Of a stretch of DNA of 64,000 nt, positions 23,451 through 37,613 are shown piece by piece. Below the pieces are notes generated by a model. It made no database searches, was not told the DNA's origin, and worked only from the letters and a program-made list of their open reading frames with translations. The stretch comes from Balanoglossus misakiensis (lineage: Eukaryota > Animalia > Hemichordata): positions 2,002,247 to 2,066,246 of the forward strand of contig CM082594.2 in assembly GCA_040954595.2 (NCBI GenBank), given 5' to 3'. Numbering within the stretch: the first letter of the stretch is position 1; each line of letters begins with the position of its first letter. A program made the position numbers and the translations under genes.

Positions 23451-26400
23451 CATACATACATACATACATACATACATACATAATGCATGCAGCATGCATG
23501 CATACATACATACATACATACATACATACACACACACACATACATACATACATACATACATACATACTCACTCCATCAGTTCAACTCCTTTATTAATTCA
23601 ACCACCCACTATTCTTTGGAAAATTAATTATTTTATAACCTTCAATTGTTTGACCACTGATTAAATGCATGATATTGATATTGTATATTTTTCAAGAAGA
23701 TATCTGCAACTTCTACCTTCCAAGGTATTAAGAACTCACTGATTTTATTCTGTGTGACTTTTAACAGTTCAATTCTATCATAAATATCACCAAAACTACA
23801 TGCTTATAATGCATGCAATTCATGTCATGCAAACATGCCCCCTGAAAAATTATTCAAGCACTTTGAGCGGCCATTTTTGTTTTATGTTATTTTTATTCTA
23901 TTAGTTTGCCTTTTCACTAATCATATATATTTTTTTCTGGTCGAACTGATGGAATGATTACGGTAAATTCATACATACACACACATACATAGTACATACA
24001 CACACAAATACATGTATATACATACATAAATTGCCATAACAGTTTAATGTGCTCATACTTACGAAAACACAACCATTGCCAGTTAACCTCATAGAGCTGG
24101 AAAGAGAAAATATAACTGATAAGTGATAATGCACCTCTATACCAAATACAGATCTTACACATATTGAAATTTTGCATAATATTGTAGCACTTTAAAGTGA
24201 AGGGGTCAGCGCGCTGCGTTTGTTTGTTGATAGACATTAGAATTCACCTTCAAATCCCTGAAATTAAATAATTCCTTGAATGAACGAAGCAGCCAACCGT
24301 AGCATAGACTGGGCATGGCAGCAACTGAAGATCCTGGTTGTGGTGACTACAGTGAGGTTTGTGCTGGTATATGAAGGGATATATTCTCATCAAGGGGGAC
24401 ACCCACCCGATGACCGCTTCCCTTTAAACATTGTATGAAAGCACACGTCAGAACAACCAAAGCTACTTACATTGGGCTTTTCTGGGGGTTCATCTGGAGG
24501 ATCTCTTGCCTAGTTCAAATTATACAAAAAAATAGAATTAGCAAATCCTTGAAACTGAAATGTTGAAAACTGTCAATGTCATGCCATTTCGGTCAATGAC
24601 ACATTTACTGAGTATAGAATGATGGATCAAGGTACACTATAAAACCCAAGATAAGCACATTTTTAAAGGACCACAAATAGTTGATCCAAGTTACAAATGG
24701 ATTTCAAATTATTACTTTAAAATTGTTGATCAAAGTCAGAGTAAATGAAGTCCAATAACTCGTACCATAATACTTGTCTTATTAGTTTCAGGGCAATAAT
24801 ATATAATTGACTCGAAAATTATAATTATGCAAATTTTCCGACAAAAATACCAATATTTCCTTTATGTTGCTTTTACTGTTGATGCTCGTGAGCCTATACA
24901 GGTTGTTCAAATTTAAAAACATTGTCATAGCCAACCGCTAGAGGGCGCTCTTATGTATTTGAATGCCCATGAATGTGCAACTCGATCGTGCAGTACACCC
25001 ATGTCACAGATAGCCTTCTCAGGCACTCATAAAATTCATACTAGTATTAGCTACATCCCCATTTCTCAGAATGTAGCACAAATTCGTTTGTTTCCATCAT
25101 TGCAGAATCAGATTGAACAATGCTTAAAAACTTGGACAGAAAACATCAGTAAGACAACAAATGATTTGTTACATTAAGTCTGTACAATATGGCTACAGTT
25201 ACATTCATGATTGCCATGGCATAAAGGTTAGAACTATCATGATCAGTGGTTCCGTTAATGCAAAATCCTGCGCATTTCAAAATGTCTGACCATAATTACA
25301 CAAAGATAATGAAGGATGCATACACCGCAAGTGCAAATTTGCAAATTGTATTCAGCGAGGCTTACAAGATACGAATAATGCAGAAATGCACAGAAATGTT
25401 ACAATTTTCACTCAGGCAACATGACATTCATAGATCAAACTTTGTAATAATGTACCGGTACGGTGGTGTTCTATTCAGGCTTTCAAATGCCTACCCACTT
25501 GAGGCAAGATTGTTATATTTATGCAAAGTAAATTCTGAATGCATATTTAAGTATGCAATTTGCAAAGGAAAAATAATCGAACAGAACCTCTGTATCATGT
25601 GATTGAACTTGTATGAACATGCAGGATGACACTCGCTTATTCATATAGTAGCTTTAAAAGCACATAGTTCTTGCGCCATGTGTGAACAAAATGTGTTTGG
25701 CTATTTCCGGGTTACAGATATGAAAAGAGAATTCAGTTTCAGGTTTTCTACAATTGTTGTAAATTACTTACCATGAATCGCAACAAGTCCAATCTTCCCT
25801 CTCTAGCTCCTAACTGGCGCTGCCTACATCTAACTCTCTGTGAATGAAATGGGAAGAATTATTCATTATGGATTATAAAAGACGCTTTCAGGAATTGCAG
25901 CATGGTGGCAATTATCAAAGTCCTAAATGCTTAAAGTTTATATTTTGAAACAATGACATGGAGGAACAGGGTGGTGCACAGTACAAAATCATTATGTTAT
26001 ATATCCCTAACAGTGCCAAGTCAGTATGAACTGGTTTGATTTCCAGGGTGCCTAGAATCCAGGCTCCCAGGTCTGTTAGACTGCCAGGTGTGTGTTAATC
26101 AGTACGGCCTATACAAGACCCTCAGACCAATACAGTGCAAAGCAGTACAATTGGGTACATTTTACAGGGGGCTCAGACTGCCAAGTGTGTCTAAGTACGT
26201 ATGAGAGCCATGTCAAGACAGTCAAAATATGTTATATAATAGGTCACATGATATTATGGCCATTAAAAGAATCAGTTTTTTTAGCCCATTTTACTTTAGA
26301 AAACTGCTGGCTGATTGTTGGTTGCCATGTGTGTATCAATTGAGAAGACTTTGCAGCATTGTTCAAGAGAGTGTTGGCAGTCTATAGTGTGACAATCCAT

Positions 26401-26555
26401 GACAAAATTACAACTCCTCATTTTGCTATTCTTATTTCTATTCAACATTCCATTTCTTAGTTCAAAATTTGATTTCACAATTCAACATTCCATTTTTCAG
26501 TACAACAATTCGATTTCACAACTTTGCCTTACAGATAGTCAGATTGAATCTGGCG

Positions 26556-26691
26556 TCTGCGTATTCAAGCATGTAGAATTTCTTCATTCAGAATTGGAAT
26601 TTTACATTGTCAGCATAATTGGGATTTTGCATAGTCAGCGACATTCAGAAATCTGTTCCAACAGAAATTCTACATGCGTGAATACACAGAC
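26556..26691. repeat. Small inverted-repeat element (MITE-like)
   Basis: TCTGCGTATTCAAGCATGTAGAATTTCT ... AGAAATTCTACATGCGTGAATACACAGA. Confidence 0.6.
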
Positions 26692-28752
26692 TCCTTGATA
26701 AAATTGTCATCAACTTCTCGGTTATCGGTAATATTAAATCCCAAACTAAATATATTTGTTTGAAAATTCTAAATTGTATTTCAAAATTAACATACCTTAT
26801 AGCTCTCTTCGGTTCGCTGGAGCCGGATTGTTCTGAACTTTGCGGAATGGTATTCCCACATATCTAAAAAAATAAATAATGAAATGACATCAAGGATGAT
26901 AAATAACAAATTTCATTATTTCAAATAAAGTGGAATCATACCACACGTCTGTTTCCTCGTTTTCATGTAAGCTTACTTGCAAATAAAATATTGATAGCGG
27001 TGTCAATTGTCCAGGTCTGAGACAGTAAATTGTACTAGTTTACTGGTTATAATGAGGAATTACAGGCCCACCATTATAATCACAACTTGAAGCTGTCTAA
27101 GAGAGCGAACATTATTTATTTAGGGCCTGAAGAGGTGTTGGAGGAATTTCACCAGTCACATATGCATGCCAAACCAGGCCTGTTGCTGGATTATAACCAA
27201 AGGTGTAAACATACTTACTGCAGCCCCATCGCGACCATTGCGAAGCGATCGTGCCGTGTGCCTTTGCTCACAAGGTTAAACCTCGAGCTACGGTTCTGCA
27301 GTTGCGTTTGGGTTTAGTCGTGTATCACATCGTATCGTGGCTGAAAACTGTATTTTACCTGGACCATGACTTGGACCATGACTCCTTGATTCATCTCGAT
27401 ATGACTCGAGTTGAATCCACAATAAATCAATATAATATTACTTCTGGTCGATGCACCGACACTCAAGTGTCATGGCGCTCGAGTGTTTTTTTGACAGGCC
27501 AAAGGTCAACCCTGTTGAGGGCGTGCTCCGGTTATAATATTATAATACTGTACTATAAAAATAATTTTCAAGTTGAAAATGAACTGCGGACGGGAACGTG
27601 GGCCTGCACTGGTCGATACCATATTATTTATGAGATTGTCAATGCCGACAACCTAGTTTTAACATGTGTGTCTGCAAAATAGTCCGAGTAAGGCTACAAA
27701 GTGAAACGAACTGCACCACACAGTCATTGCAGCTTGTTCAACGCCAGAAAATTAAAATACAAACAGCTGGCAGAAAACTTGGTGTGTTTTCGTTTGGATA
27801 TTCTAAGAATGGAAAACATATCGCTCGAGGGCACTAGCTGAGCTCCGTCATCATTCAGTGTATGTGAAAAATAGCCCCAAAGTATGGACAGTGACACTAT
27901 AAAAATAATGGCGGCTGCACAGCGAAAGCCACTAATAAATATTTCCAAAGGTGGTTAGCAGAAAAGTGGAGTCCGCTCATTTGTCAATTGTGGCAAATGC
28001 TGTAGACACGGAGCAAGTAGGCGAGAATACTAATGCGAGAATATTGGTAAAATTAAGAGTCTTGTCACTTCTCTTTAGAAGTTGCTGGTTGTTTATTCTC
28101 CTTACTAAGCATTTTTTCGATCGCTAATAAATTGCATGGGGTTAAAACGTGCTGGCCGTGAGTTTAGTCGATCATAATGAAAATAAAAACTACCGAGGCA
28201 CAATTTTCTGTTTTTCCCATGGGTGAACATATCTCGAAATTGAGCGCGTTGGCTATTCAATTGTTGTCTACCATTCAATTTTAATTCATTTGACTGAGTT
28301 ATGTGTAGACCTAAACGTTCATGAAAATGACAATAGCAGACGCGGGTTTTCCAGCAATCCTATGGGAAAAGACAAATTGAAAGCGCTTGTACAGATTGTA
28401 ATTTATACTCGGTTGGCTGTAGCTCTGCGTACAGGTCTGTTATGTGTGTTCCCGGCGTTACACGGAGCTAGGTTGGCTGCTGTCTTCCACGTGGATCTAT
28501 TCATGGTGTAAGGTGTGCCTCAATACTTTCTATTTCATTCGACGCTAATGTTTAGACCATGTAATTAGTTCTACTGTATGGAGATAGTCAATTATAGAGG
28601 CCCTGGTCTGCCTTTACGCTTCATGTAAATCTTGACATTCTTATGATAGCAATTGGTCCGACTTGCTACTTTGAACCATGTATTGTTTTGGCATTGCTGC
28701 ACTCAATGTCGAATACGCCCGGCTGCGATTATTCCAACACGTAGGCCTAACT

Positions 28753-29078
28753 CATATTCCGTTGTGATGCGTAGAACACACAGGCCTGAGCGCATTAAGA
28801 AAGTTTTCCAGTAGACTCTGTAGATCGACTGTTTGTTCTCAAATATCCATGGTTGATTCCAAACACCGTCTTGTTATTTGCATATTCCGTTGTGATGCGT
28901 AGAACACACAGGCCTGAGCGCATTAAGAAAGTTTTCCGGTAGACTCTGTAGATCGACTGTTTGTTCTCAAATATCCATGGTTGCTTTCAAACACCGTCTC
29001 GTTATTTGCATATTCCGTTGTGATGCGCAGAACACACTGGCCCGAGTTAAGAAAGTTTTCCGGTAGACTCTGTAGATT
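28753..29078. repeat. Tandem repeat, 128-bp unit, about 2.5 copies
   Basis: CATATTCCGTTGTGATGCG at 28753, 28881 and 29009. Confidence 0.9.
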
Positions 29079-29679
29079 CGCTGAACACTGCGTCTCACGT
29101 GACTCAGTATCACACAGTCTTGGAGCAAGTCAGACTAGTCTAAACGTCAACGCGAACGTGGGTTCTACGCGTTCACGTAAAACGTGTAGCCGAACCTGTC
29201 TATTGTCACTGTAAAGTATAAAGTAATACCGTTACTCCACCAGGGCAATGGGGTGACTAATACCGTTACACGGCCAGAGCAATGGGGTGATTAATACCGT
29301 TACTCAAGAAAGGCAATGGGGTAAGGCTCCTCACACCTCAATTATAAATTTCTTAAAGAAATTAATAATTTCTTAAAGAAATTCATAATTAAAGTGTATA
29401 CATTTGTTGTATTGTTGCAATAAAGAATTCTATGACTAAATTAAAATGACAAGTCAGTACAATAGTTGGTAGGATTGGTAAAACAAGAAAAGTGTAGGGG
29501 GTGTCCCCTCCCTCATAAGAAAATCTTGTAAAATACAGTACCCAAAGTTGCATTTTAAGCAAATTAAGTCAATGTTAGGGAGGACAAACTTTACTTTTGC
29601 CACTCCACTCAAAGTAGGCATCGGTGGGGCGGGGTAGCAAGTACTCTGCCCTGGTACATTAGACAAACCAGCAAATAGG

Positions 29680-32000
29680 GATAGGGAGATGCAGTTTCAA
29701 AACTTTTGTTGGGAACTGAGTATAGAAATACTGGGAGCCAGAGATGCCGCTACAACCTGTAAGGTAAGCGTCAGTGCAAAATATGCTGTTTGGAGTTGTC
29801 CACCCCTTGTTGAGAATGATCGACACACCATTGTACTGCCTAAGGGACCGTTCAGTTTTTACGGCTGGGGGGGGGGGGGCGGCGGAAAGTTTGTGTCATG
29901 TGTTTTCAACATCAGGCCGCCCCCCCCCCCTTCACCCAGGACCAAAAATGATGACTCCCCCCGTTTGACAGGCCAAAAAAATATGATGACCCCCCCCCCC
30001 CCCACGCCGAAAACATTAGCCGTCCTGATCCTATGTACACTGTATGCAAGAAAGGGAATGAGGCTCCTCACACCTCAATTATAAATTTCTTAAAGTAATT
30101 GAAGTATATAATAGTATATCGTTGCAATCATGAATTATGAATAAATGAAAATAACAAGTCGATACGATAGTTGGTATGATTGGTAAAACAATAAAAGTGG
30201 CGGGGGTGGGTGTTGGAGGGGGTGTCCCCCTCCCACATGAGAAAATTTTGCAAAATATCAAGCTCAAAGTTGCATTTAAAAGAAAAACAGCACTTCCATG
30301 AAAAGAATTTGAAACTGATGTCTTCCCTCATCAGTGGGTATTAAAACTGAACATTGTTTATATTTTGTAAGTATTTGTATTCTGTGTTGGCAGACATTGT
30401 AAACTGAGAAGTGAAGGGGTTGGGTTTGGGAGGGGGTGTCCCCCTCCCACGTAAGAAAATGTAATAAAAAAACAGAGCTCATATCTGAATTTTAATGAAC
30501 CCAAAAGCAAATTAATTCAACTACCGGTATGTTGGGGAGGACAGAATTAACCTTCCCCGCTCAAAGTTAGCATGGGGGGGGGGGGGGGCAAGTCCCCTGA
30601 CCTGGGACACTAGATAATCCAGTCAATGATTGAAAGGTGTTGATAAATGAAGGGGGATGGGTGTGGGAGGGGGTGTCCCACTCACACATTAGAACATTTT
30701 GTAAAATAAAAGGCGCGAAACTGCAATTCTGTGGACTCAAAAGCAACAGTTTTGTGGCAAAAGTATGTGACCCCCTAAACGTTTAAAAAAAAGATGACAC
30801 CCCTCCTTTTGGACTTCAAAATTTAAGTGACCCCCCCCCCCCCCAGGCGTAAAAACTGAACGGTCCCCAATAAAGATGATCCACCAATGGACGTTTTTGT
30901 GGAAATGCGCGGTCAAGTAAATATGGTGATACATGTATGATGATTTGACTGAACAAAGGGTGTCCAACATACGGCTGATAAACAAATGACCTGGGCGAAC
31001 ACAGCTGGAAATAAAAGACAATTTGCCAATTAAAACTTGCAGTTCGCGTCTTGTGGCCTTTTTGTTGATGACCCATGTGTTCAGCAAATCCAGTAATTCG
31101 ACGAGTTTATCCTCGGTGACGCTTAATGTCATGGCAACGGTGTCGACTTGTACGCCTAAAAGGAAAGACACGTTGTAGGTAAGATGGCCTTGCTTTGTGC
31201 CTCCTCCATCCCGAGCTGACTGAGCGCAGGGCGTAAAATGCACAACTTGACAGTGAGGCTTTTTCTGCGCCGCAGAAGTCATCTAGGGAAATTAACTGCC
31301 TGAAAACCTAGCTTATTGTACATTAAAATAATATCGTTTGTGGTAGCTTTGCATGCTAACGCTGCGGAGCGAAGTCCGAATGGGAGCCGTAAGTCAATAA
31401 AAAGTGACCCCCCTCATGTATAACCAAGCAAGTGAAAATAGTGAGGATCTACTGGAAGTTGTCTATTTGCCCGCCGCAGATCGAGCTTGAAAAGGTGACA
31501 CCCCGGACCTAAGGTATTGATGAAAATGGTCAATGCTGGGGTAGGTAAGGTGGTAATCATGTCTGGCCCAGGAATGTGTCTGCCGGGATATTTGCGTTAA
31601 CTGAAGATGAGGGTGGGAAGCTAAAGTCCATAATAGTACGCCTATCTGAGGTGCCCTTCTTAGGCACTGAAGACAGGGGTGAAGTCGCTATGGGAACTGA
31701 AAGTGGTTTGGAATCAAATGGCCCAACTGTGGCACCATAGGCTACCTCTGTACAAACAAACGCATCAATATGCTGTGCGAAAAGCAGAGCTGAAACGTGA
31801 TTGCGCGCGTTGGAAACAGGCAGACTTCTGAAGTTAATTCGAGAAAATCTGCAATTAATGCTACATTTGAGGTTCTGTAGTCTCGCGCGTCAAGCGGGAA
31901 TGTTAAGCGCTGAAGGGACTAGAATGCGAAGCCCTGCGAAGTTAATAGGAATTAGCCCAGAGTTAAAAACAGCTTTGTGGGTACGTGTGAACCAGTCTTT
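29680..32000 (-). pseudogene. DIRS-type (tyrosine-recombinase retrotransposon) RT/RNase H relic
   Basis: Minus-strand fragments: NFAGLRILVPSALNIPA, EVAYGATVGPFDSKPLSVPIATSPLSSVPKKGTSDRRTIMDFSFP, LRLPFGLRSAA, LDDFCGAE, FLLGVQVDT...LQVLIGKLSFISSCVRPG, WWIIFIRQYNGVSII...FCTDAYLTGCSG. The last motif is restored by removing the 29844-30867 insert. Confidence 0.88.
29844..30867. mobile_element. PIF/Harbinger-like MITE inserted in the DIRS RNase H
   Basis: TIRs GGGACCGTTCAGTTTTTACG ... CGTAAAAACTGAACGGTCCC with 3-bp flanks TAA/CAA and poly-G/poly-C tracts. Part of its interior is also duplicated at about 29325-29665. Confidence 0.82.
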
Positions 32001-32825
32001 GGAAATAACAGGCGTTGGTGGCCAAGTCGAAATACTCGGTGAAACCCAATGTGGAATGGGTGGAAAGCAACTTTCTAAGATAATACCTTGTCCGGTAAAA
32101 GATCACAATAGAAAGTACCAACGCCAATGCAGTTGTAACATAATTATATTTTGGCACATCCTGACGTAGCTGGCGCTAGTTAATGACTCTCTTCAACGTT
32201 TCAATTAATCCTGCCGGAGATGGCGCTAATTAATGACAAACCTGGTACACCTGGGTAAACTCTTTTCTCACGCAGAGCACAGACCATATTCATTCTGTAT
32301 GGGGCGGCCGTAGTAGTCCTGTTTCATAAGTCAGGTCCAAGACATATGTACAGACATCTGTGATTGGTCTATCTGGTAATCTTAGGTCCACTTGCGGCAC
32401 GCTGATTGGAGGGACCTTATTAGGTTAGGTCTTATTACTATGTATTATTCACTAGACCTTTTTCGCTCCAGGGATGGGGTGACTGTGCGGGAATTTTGAC
32501 TTCAGGAACTGAAGCCTTCACGTACCACTAACCGGAATACAACATTGGAGAATGACGTGTGCCATGCTGAGGGACAGTGAGGAATTCTCCGGCTTTTGGG
32601 GGACTTTCGTGCCTCTTGAGGTAGAGTAAGTTTTATAGCGAACATAGAACTTTCTAGCAAATCCTAATATGCAAATCTATGTACGCTGTATGCATTGCTG
32701 ATAGTGGCGTGACGAGCGAAGAGGGAACTTTCTAGCAAATCCTAATATGCAAATCTATTCATGCTGCATGTTTTGCGGATAGAGGCGTGATTGATGGACA
32801 TGGAACGTTCCAGCGATTCCTCGTT

Positions 32826-33250
32826 TGTGGATGCTTCGGGAATTCGGACTTTGCCAGCAGAACTGAACGGAATTTTGTGGATGCTTGGGGAATTCGGACT
32901 TTGCCAGCAGAACTGAACGGAATTGTGTGGATGCTTCGGGAATTCGGACTTTGCCAGCAGAACTGAACGGAATTGTGTGGATGCTTCGGGAATTCGGACT
33001 TTGCCAGCAGAACTGAACGGAATTTTGTGGATGCTTCGGGAATTCGGACATTGCCAGCAGAACTGAACGGAATTTTGTGGATGCTTCGGGAATTCGGACA
33101 TTGCCAGCAGAACTGAACGGAATTGTGTGGATGCTTCGAGACATATGACTTTGCCAGCAGAACTGAACGGAAGTTTATGGATTCTTCGGGAATTCGGACA
33201 TTGCCAGCAGAACTGAACGGAATTTCGTGGATGCGGTTGGGACTTGGACA
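32826..33250. repeat. Minisatellite, 50-bp unit, about 8.4 copies
   Basis: ATGCTTCGGGAATTCGGACTTTGCCAGCAGAACTGAACGGAATT every 50 bp from 32831. Produces the three overlapping repetitive ORFs. Confidence 0.96.
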
Positions 33251-33332
33251 TCGCAATTATATGTAAGCTTTTCGATACCGGAGTTGAACTCTGTGATTTA
33301 ATTATTCATACATTGACATGGAGAATCCTTAA

Positions 33333-33661
33333 AGGGACAAAGTCTCTCTCTCGCTGCCCCTTTTCCATTAATTATGTTTGATACAAGACACCGTTTGTGT
33401 TATTTGATATGTAGATATATAGTGAATTTAACTTTGACCACACACAACTTTCATCCCGTTTGTAAGATTTCACCCAAAATGAAGAGACTGATTATTCCTT
33501 TTGGCGAGTTTTTTTCACTCTCGTGTCTACAAGTGGAATGGAAGGTGTGTAGTCGAACGTTGATTCAATATGTACCCACATGTACATTTTACATAAACTG
33601 TGTCTTGTATCAAGCATTATTAATGGAAAAAAAGTGGCAGCGAGAGAGACACTTTGTCCCT
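33333..33661. mobile_element. Kolobok-like palindromic MITE (TTAA TSD), copy A
   Basis: TTAA|AGGGACAAAGTCTCTCTCTCGCTGCC ... GGCAGCGAGAGAGACACTTTGTCCCT|TTAA. Copies at 49214-49567 and 54941-55287. Confidence 0.9.
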
Positions 33662-33770
33662 TTAACGGAACTGGACATGGAGCGCAGCTATATAGATTTC
33701 CAGTCGGTGATTCCCTGGATGGAAGTTGACCATTAATTGTCAGTTGTGTATGTCCTTCAGGTTTTAGTCC

Positions 33771-35960
33771 AGGAGATAGGTGCCGTTAATCAGAATTTTT
33801 GGTAAGGAAGGTTTGAGAAGTCCATTCTATGTAAAAAATGGTGCTGATTCCAAAAAAGTCAGTCTTATTGACCCCACTCAAGACAAAATTGCCATTTTGG
33901 CCATTTTTAACCCAAAAAGGTCATTTTTAGAAAACACTAAAAACACACTGTTTTCGTCACATTCTGAGATCTGATGACATATGATATGCTTATTCTATGT
34001 AAAATTTCGTGAATATTACGAAAAAAGTAGTCCGATTAACCCAAAACAACACAAAATTTTTGAGTGTTTTCTAGAAATGACGTTTTGGGGAAAAAGTGTC
34101 AAAAATGGCAATTTCGTCTTGAGTAGGGTCAATAAGACTGCTATTTCTGGAATCAGCACCACTTTTTACATAGAATGAACATTTCATATATCACATGATC
34201 TCTGAACTTTATGAAGAAAAGTTTGTTTTTAATTGTTTTCTAAAAATGGCCTTTTGGGGCAAAAACTTTCCAAAAAGGCATTTTTACATTATGTTGGGTC
34301 AATAAATCTGCTTTTTTATAATAGTGACCAAATTTTACATAGGGTGGGCATATAATACATTATCAGATCTCCGAAAGTGAAGAAAATATATAAGTTTTGA
34401 GTGTTTTCTCAAAATGACGTTTTTGGGCAAAAAGTGGCAAAATGGCATTTTTATTGAGTAGGGTCAATAAGATTGCTATTTCCGGAAGCAGCACCATTTT
34501 TTACACAGAATGAATATTTCATATATCAAATGATCTCTGAATATGAAGAAAACAATTTGTTTTTAGTATTTTTTTGTAAAAATGACCTTTTTTGACCTCA
34601 AAAAGTGGCCAAAAATGGCATTTTTGTATTGATTGAGGTCAAAAAGACTACTCTATTTTTTAAAGTCACCACTTTCAAGATAGAATTGACTTTCCATATA
34701 TCACCAGATAAATCATTACGAAGAAAACCGTGTGTTTTAGTTTTTTTCTAAAAATGACGTTTTTGGGGCAAAAAATTGTCAAAAAGGCAATTTTGTGTTG
34801 CTTTGGGTCAATCGGACTACTTTTTTCGTAATATTAACCAAATTTTGCATAGAATAAGCATATCATATGTCATCAGATCTCAGAATGTGACGAAAACAGT
34901 GTGTTTTTTAGCGTTTTCTAAAAATGACCTTTTTTGGGTTAAAAATGGCCAAAATAGCAATTTTGTCTTGATTGGGGTCAATAAGACAAACCTGATTAAT
35001 CAGAATTTTTGGTAAGGAAGGTTTGAGAATGTAAAAAAAATGGTGCTGATTCCAAAAAAGTCAGTCTTATTGACCTTACTCAATAAAAACATGCCAATTT
35101 TGCCAATTTTTTCCCAAAAACGTCATTTTTAGAAAACACTCAAAATTTATATATTTTCTTCACTTTCAGAGATCTGATAATGTATTATATGCCCACCATA
35201 TGTAAAATTTGGTGACTATTCCAAAAAAGCAGATTTATTGACCTAACATAATGCAAAAATGCCTTTTTTGGAAGTTTTTGCCCAAAAAGGCCATTTTTAG
35301 AAAAAAATAAAAACAAACTTTTCTTCATAAAGTTCAGAGATCATGTGATATATGAAATGTTCATTCTATGTAAAAAAAATGGTGCTGATTCCAGAAAAAA
35401 CAGTCTTATTGACACTTTTTGCCCCAACGTCATTTCTAGAAAACACTCAAAACGTTTATAATTTTCTTCACTTTTGGAGATCTGATAATGTATTATATGC
35501 CCACTCTATGTGAAAAATTTCCAAAAAGCAGTTTTCTTGATGCGTTCAAGATAAAAGCGCCTTTTTGGCAAGTTTTTGCCCAAAAAGTGTCATTTGCACA
35601 AAATTGTTATTTTTAAGAATATATTAATAGCATTCTCTTTTCTTCACTTTCGGTGATCTTATTATAAATAAAGGCCTATTCTATATTGAAACGTGGTTAC
35701 TGTTCCAAAAACGGAAGTCTTACTTACCCTATTCAATAGAAAATTGTCATTTCGGCCACTTTTTTTGGTCAAAAATGTCATTAAAAACAAACAAACAAAC
35801 AAACTAAAGACAAATTGTTTTCTTCATATTCAGAGATCTGATCATGTATGAAGAGTCCATTCTGTGTAAAATTTGGTGACTATTCCAAAAACGGCAGTCT
35901 GGTTGGCCCCACTCTTGTCAAAATTGCCCTTTTGGCTATTTGTAGCCAAAATTAGATCTA
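33771..35960. repeat. Foldback/satellite-like element built from roughly 120-bp diverged subunits in both orientations
   Basis: Recurrent AAAATGGTGCTGATTCC/AGTCTTATTGACCC/CAGAGATCTG modules. About 33862-34040 is inverted at about 34800-34987 and the element start recurs at about 34995. Further fragments at about 36700-37075. Confidence 0.75.
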
Positions 35961-37077
35961 CTCAAGAAAAATGTATCCCTTTAGCCACTTTGTACCGAAA
36001 AAATGTTTGTATTTTGAGTTTTAACAAAATTAGCCCAAGTTGAACTCATAATGATGATGAAACAGCGTCGAGAGAAAAAGAAGTTACGAATTGAACAAAA
36101 CTCGCGTCAATGAATGTAAACACGCCGCTCGGGACCAAGCTCTAAACATGATACAGATGACAAAAGACATGCATTGCACATTGCCCAAATATTCCCATAG
36201 AGCAGCTCCAAATTAAAACGTCAAGGAATTTAATTATATTTATTTGGTTTAAGCCCACATTTTCCCTGCTGCGTGCTTGTTAAGGGGCCATTTATAGCAG
36301 TGCTCTATTTAGTATTCTAGCATCGTTGGATTGCACTCCTGTTCAATCACAATGACGGGGGTATCATGATATAAATTATAATATAATTTCTGATTTTGTA
36401 TTCAGATTGAAGAGGATAAATTTTAACAATCTCTCCAGAGTTGGCATATCTGAACATAAATATTTCCCACCTGGCATAATCGACTTATAGTAGACAGTAA
36501 CGGTGTGTAAACATGGATCGTCTTATTGTTGAGTTCAGGGGCTAAATGTGCCAAATTGTGGCAACTCTGTTTTTCAATACAATGTATTATCAATGTTATT
36601 GATATTATATGGTTATGACGTTTTAAATATGCATATACAACATCAGAACTCAAAAGGCAAAAACATCAATTATATTTGTTTTATGAAAATGACTATTGTT
36701 GACCAAAAGATGGCTTAATGGCAATTTTGTACTGAGCGGGGTGACTCATAAGACCGTTGTGCTGGTATCAGCATATTTTTTGCAAAAAACAAAAACAACG
36801 GAATTTCCATACATCACAAGAGCTATGAATATGAAGAACTAAATTTGTTTTTATTTTTTCTATCAGTTACCTTTTTGAGCAAAGAGGCCAAAATGGTACT
36901 TTTTCCCTCTGTAGGGTCAGTAAGAGTGGGTTATTTAAATGTCACTACTTTCAAGATAGAATAGACTTTTATATATCATTAGATCACCATTGGGAAAAAA
37001 ATGGCATGTTTTTAAAAGGCAAATTTGACTAGAGTGGGGCCAACCAGACTGCCGTTTTTGGAATAGTCACCAAATTC

Positions 37078-37215
37078 ATGGAAAAGAAGACTAAGTTTTG
37101 TCAGATGTGCAAGAACATCAGCCATAAGATGCAATGAAGCTATGAATTCATAAGTTGAAACAATCTTCAATAATCCAATGGCAGCACTTTCTCCATTATT
37201 TGCATCATCTGGCAA
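37078..37215 (-). pseudogene. hAT-superfamily (ZNF862-like) transposase fragment
   Basis: DDANNGESAAIGLLKIVSTYEFIASLHLMADVLAHLTKLSLLF matches the hAT pattern A.GLL....T..F...L..L.DVL..L..LS..FQ. Confidence 0.75.
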
Positions 37216-37613
37216 TGGCTGGGTCCAATGGTCATGAAAAATATGAAAAATAATGATTTAAAAAGCATCTTCTCAAAATCGGCAAGGACTTGGACATTTA
37301 AATTTGGCATATTAAATTGCTGACAGGATTTTGATTCATCATTTTTATGGAAATGAGACCAATTTTAAAGTTTCATATTATCTTCATATTGATGTGTGTG
37401 CATGGCTGAAAACCTCAATAAGAACCACGTCTTTGTTGAAGTTAAATATCAACTCAACAAACAATCTGGTATCTTTAGAGGCTACAGTCATACTCTGAGA
37501 ACTTGCAATGGACCTTACACATGTACAAGGCATTGTATCCACTCAAGTCTATAGAGAAAAATTGACAAAGCTTAAAGTACAATATTTGGACCATCACTTT
37601 TAGTGGTGATACA

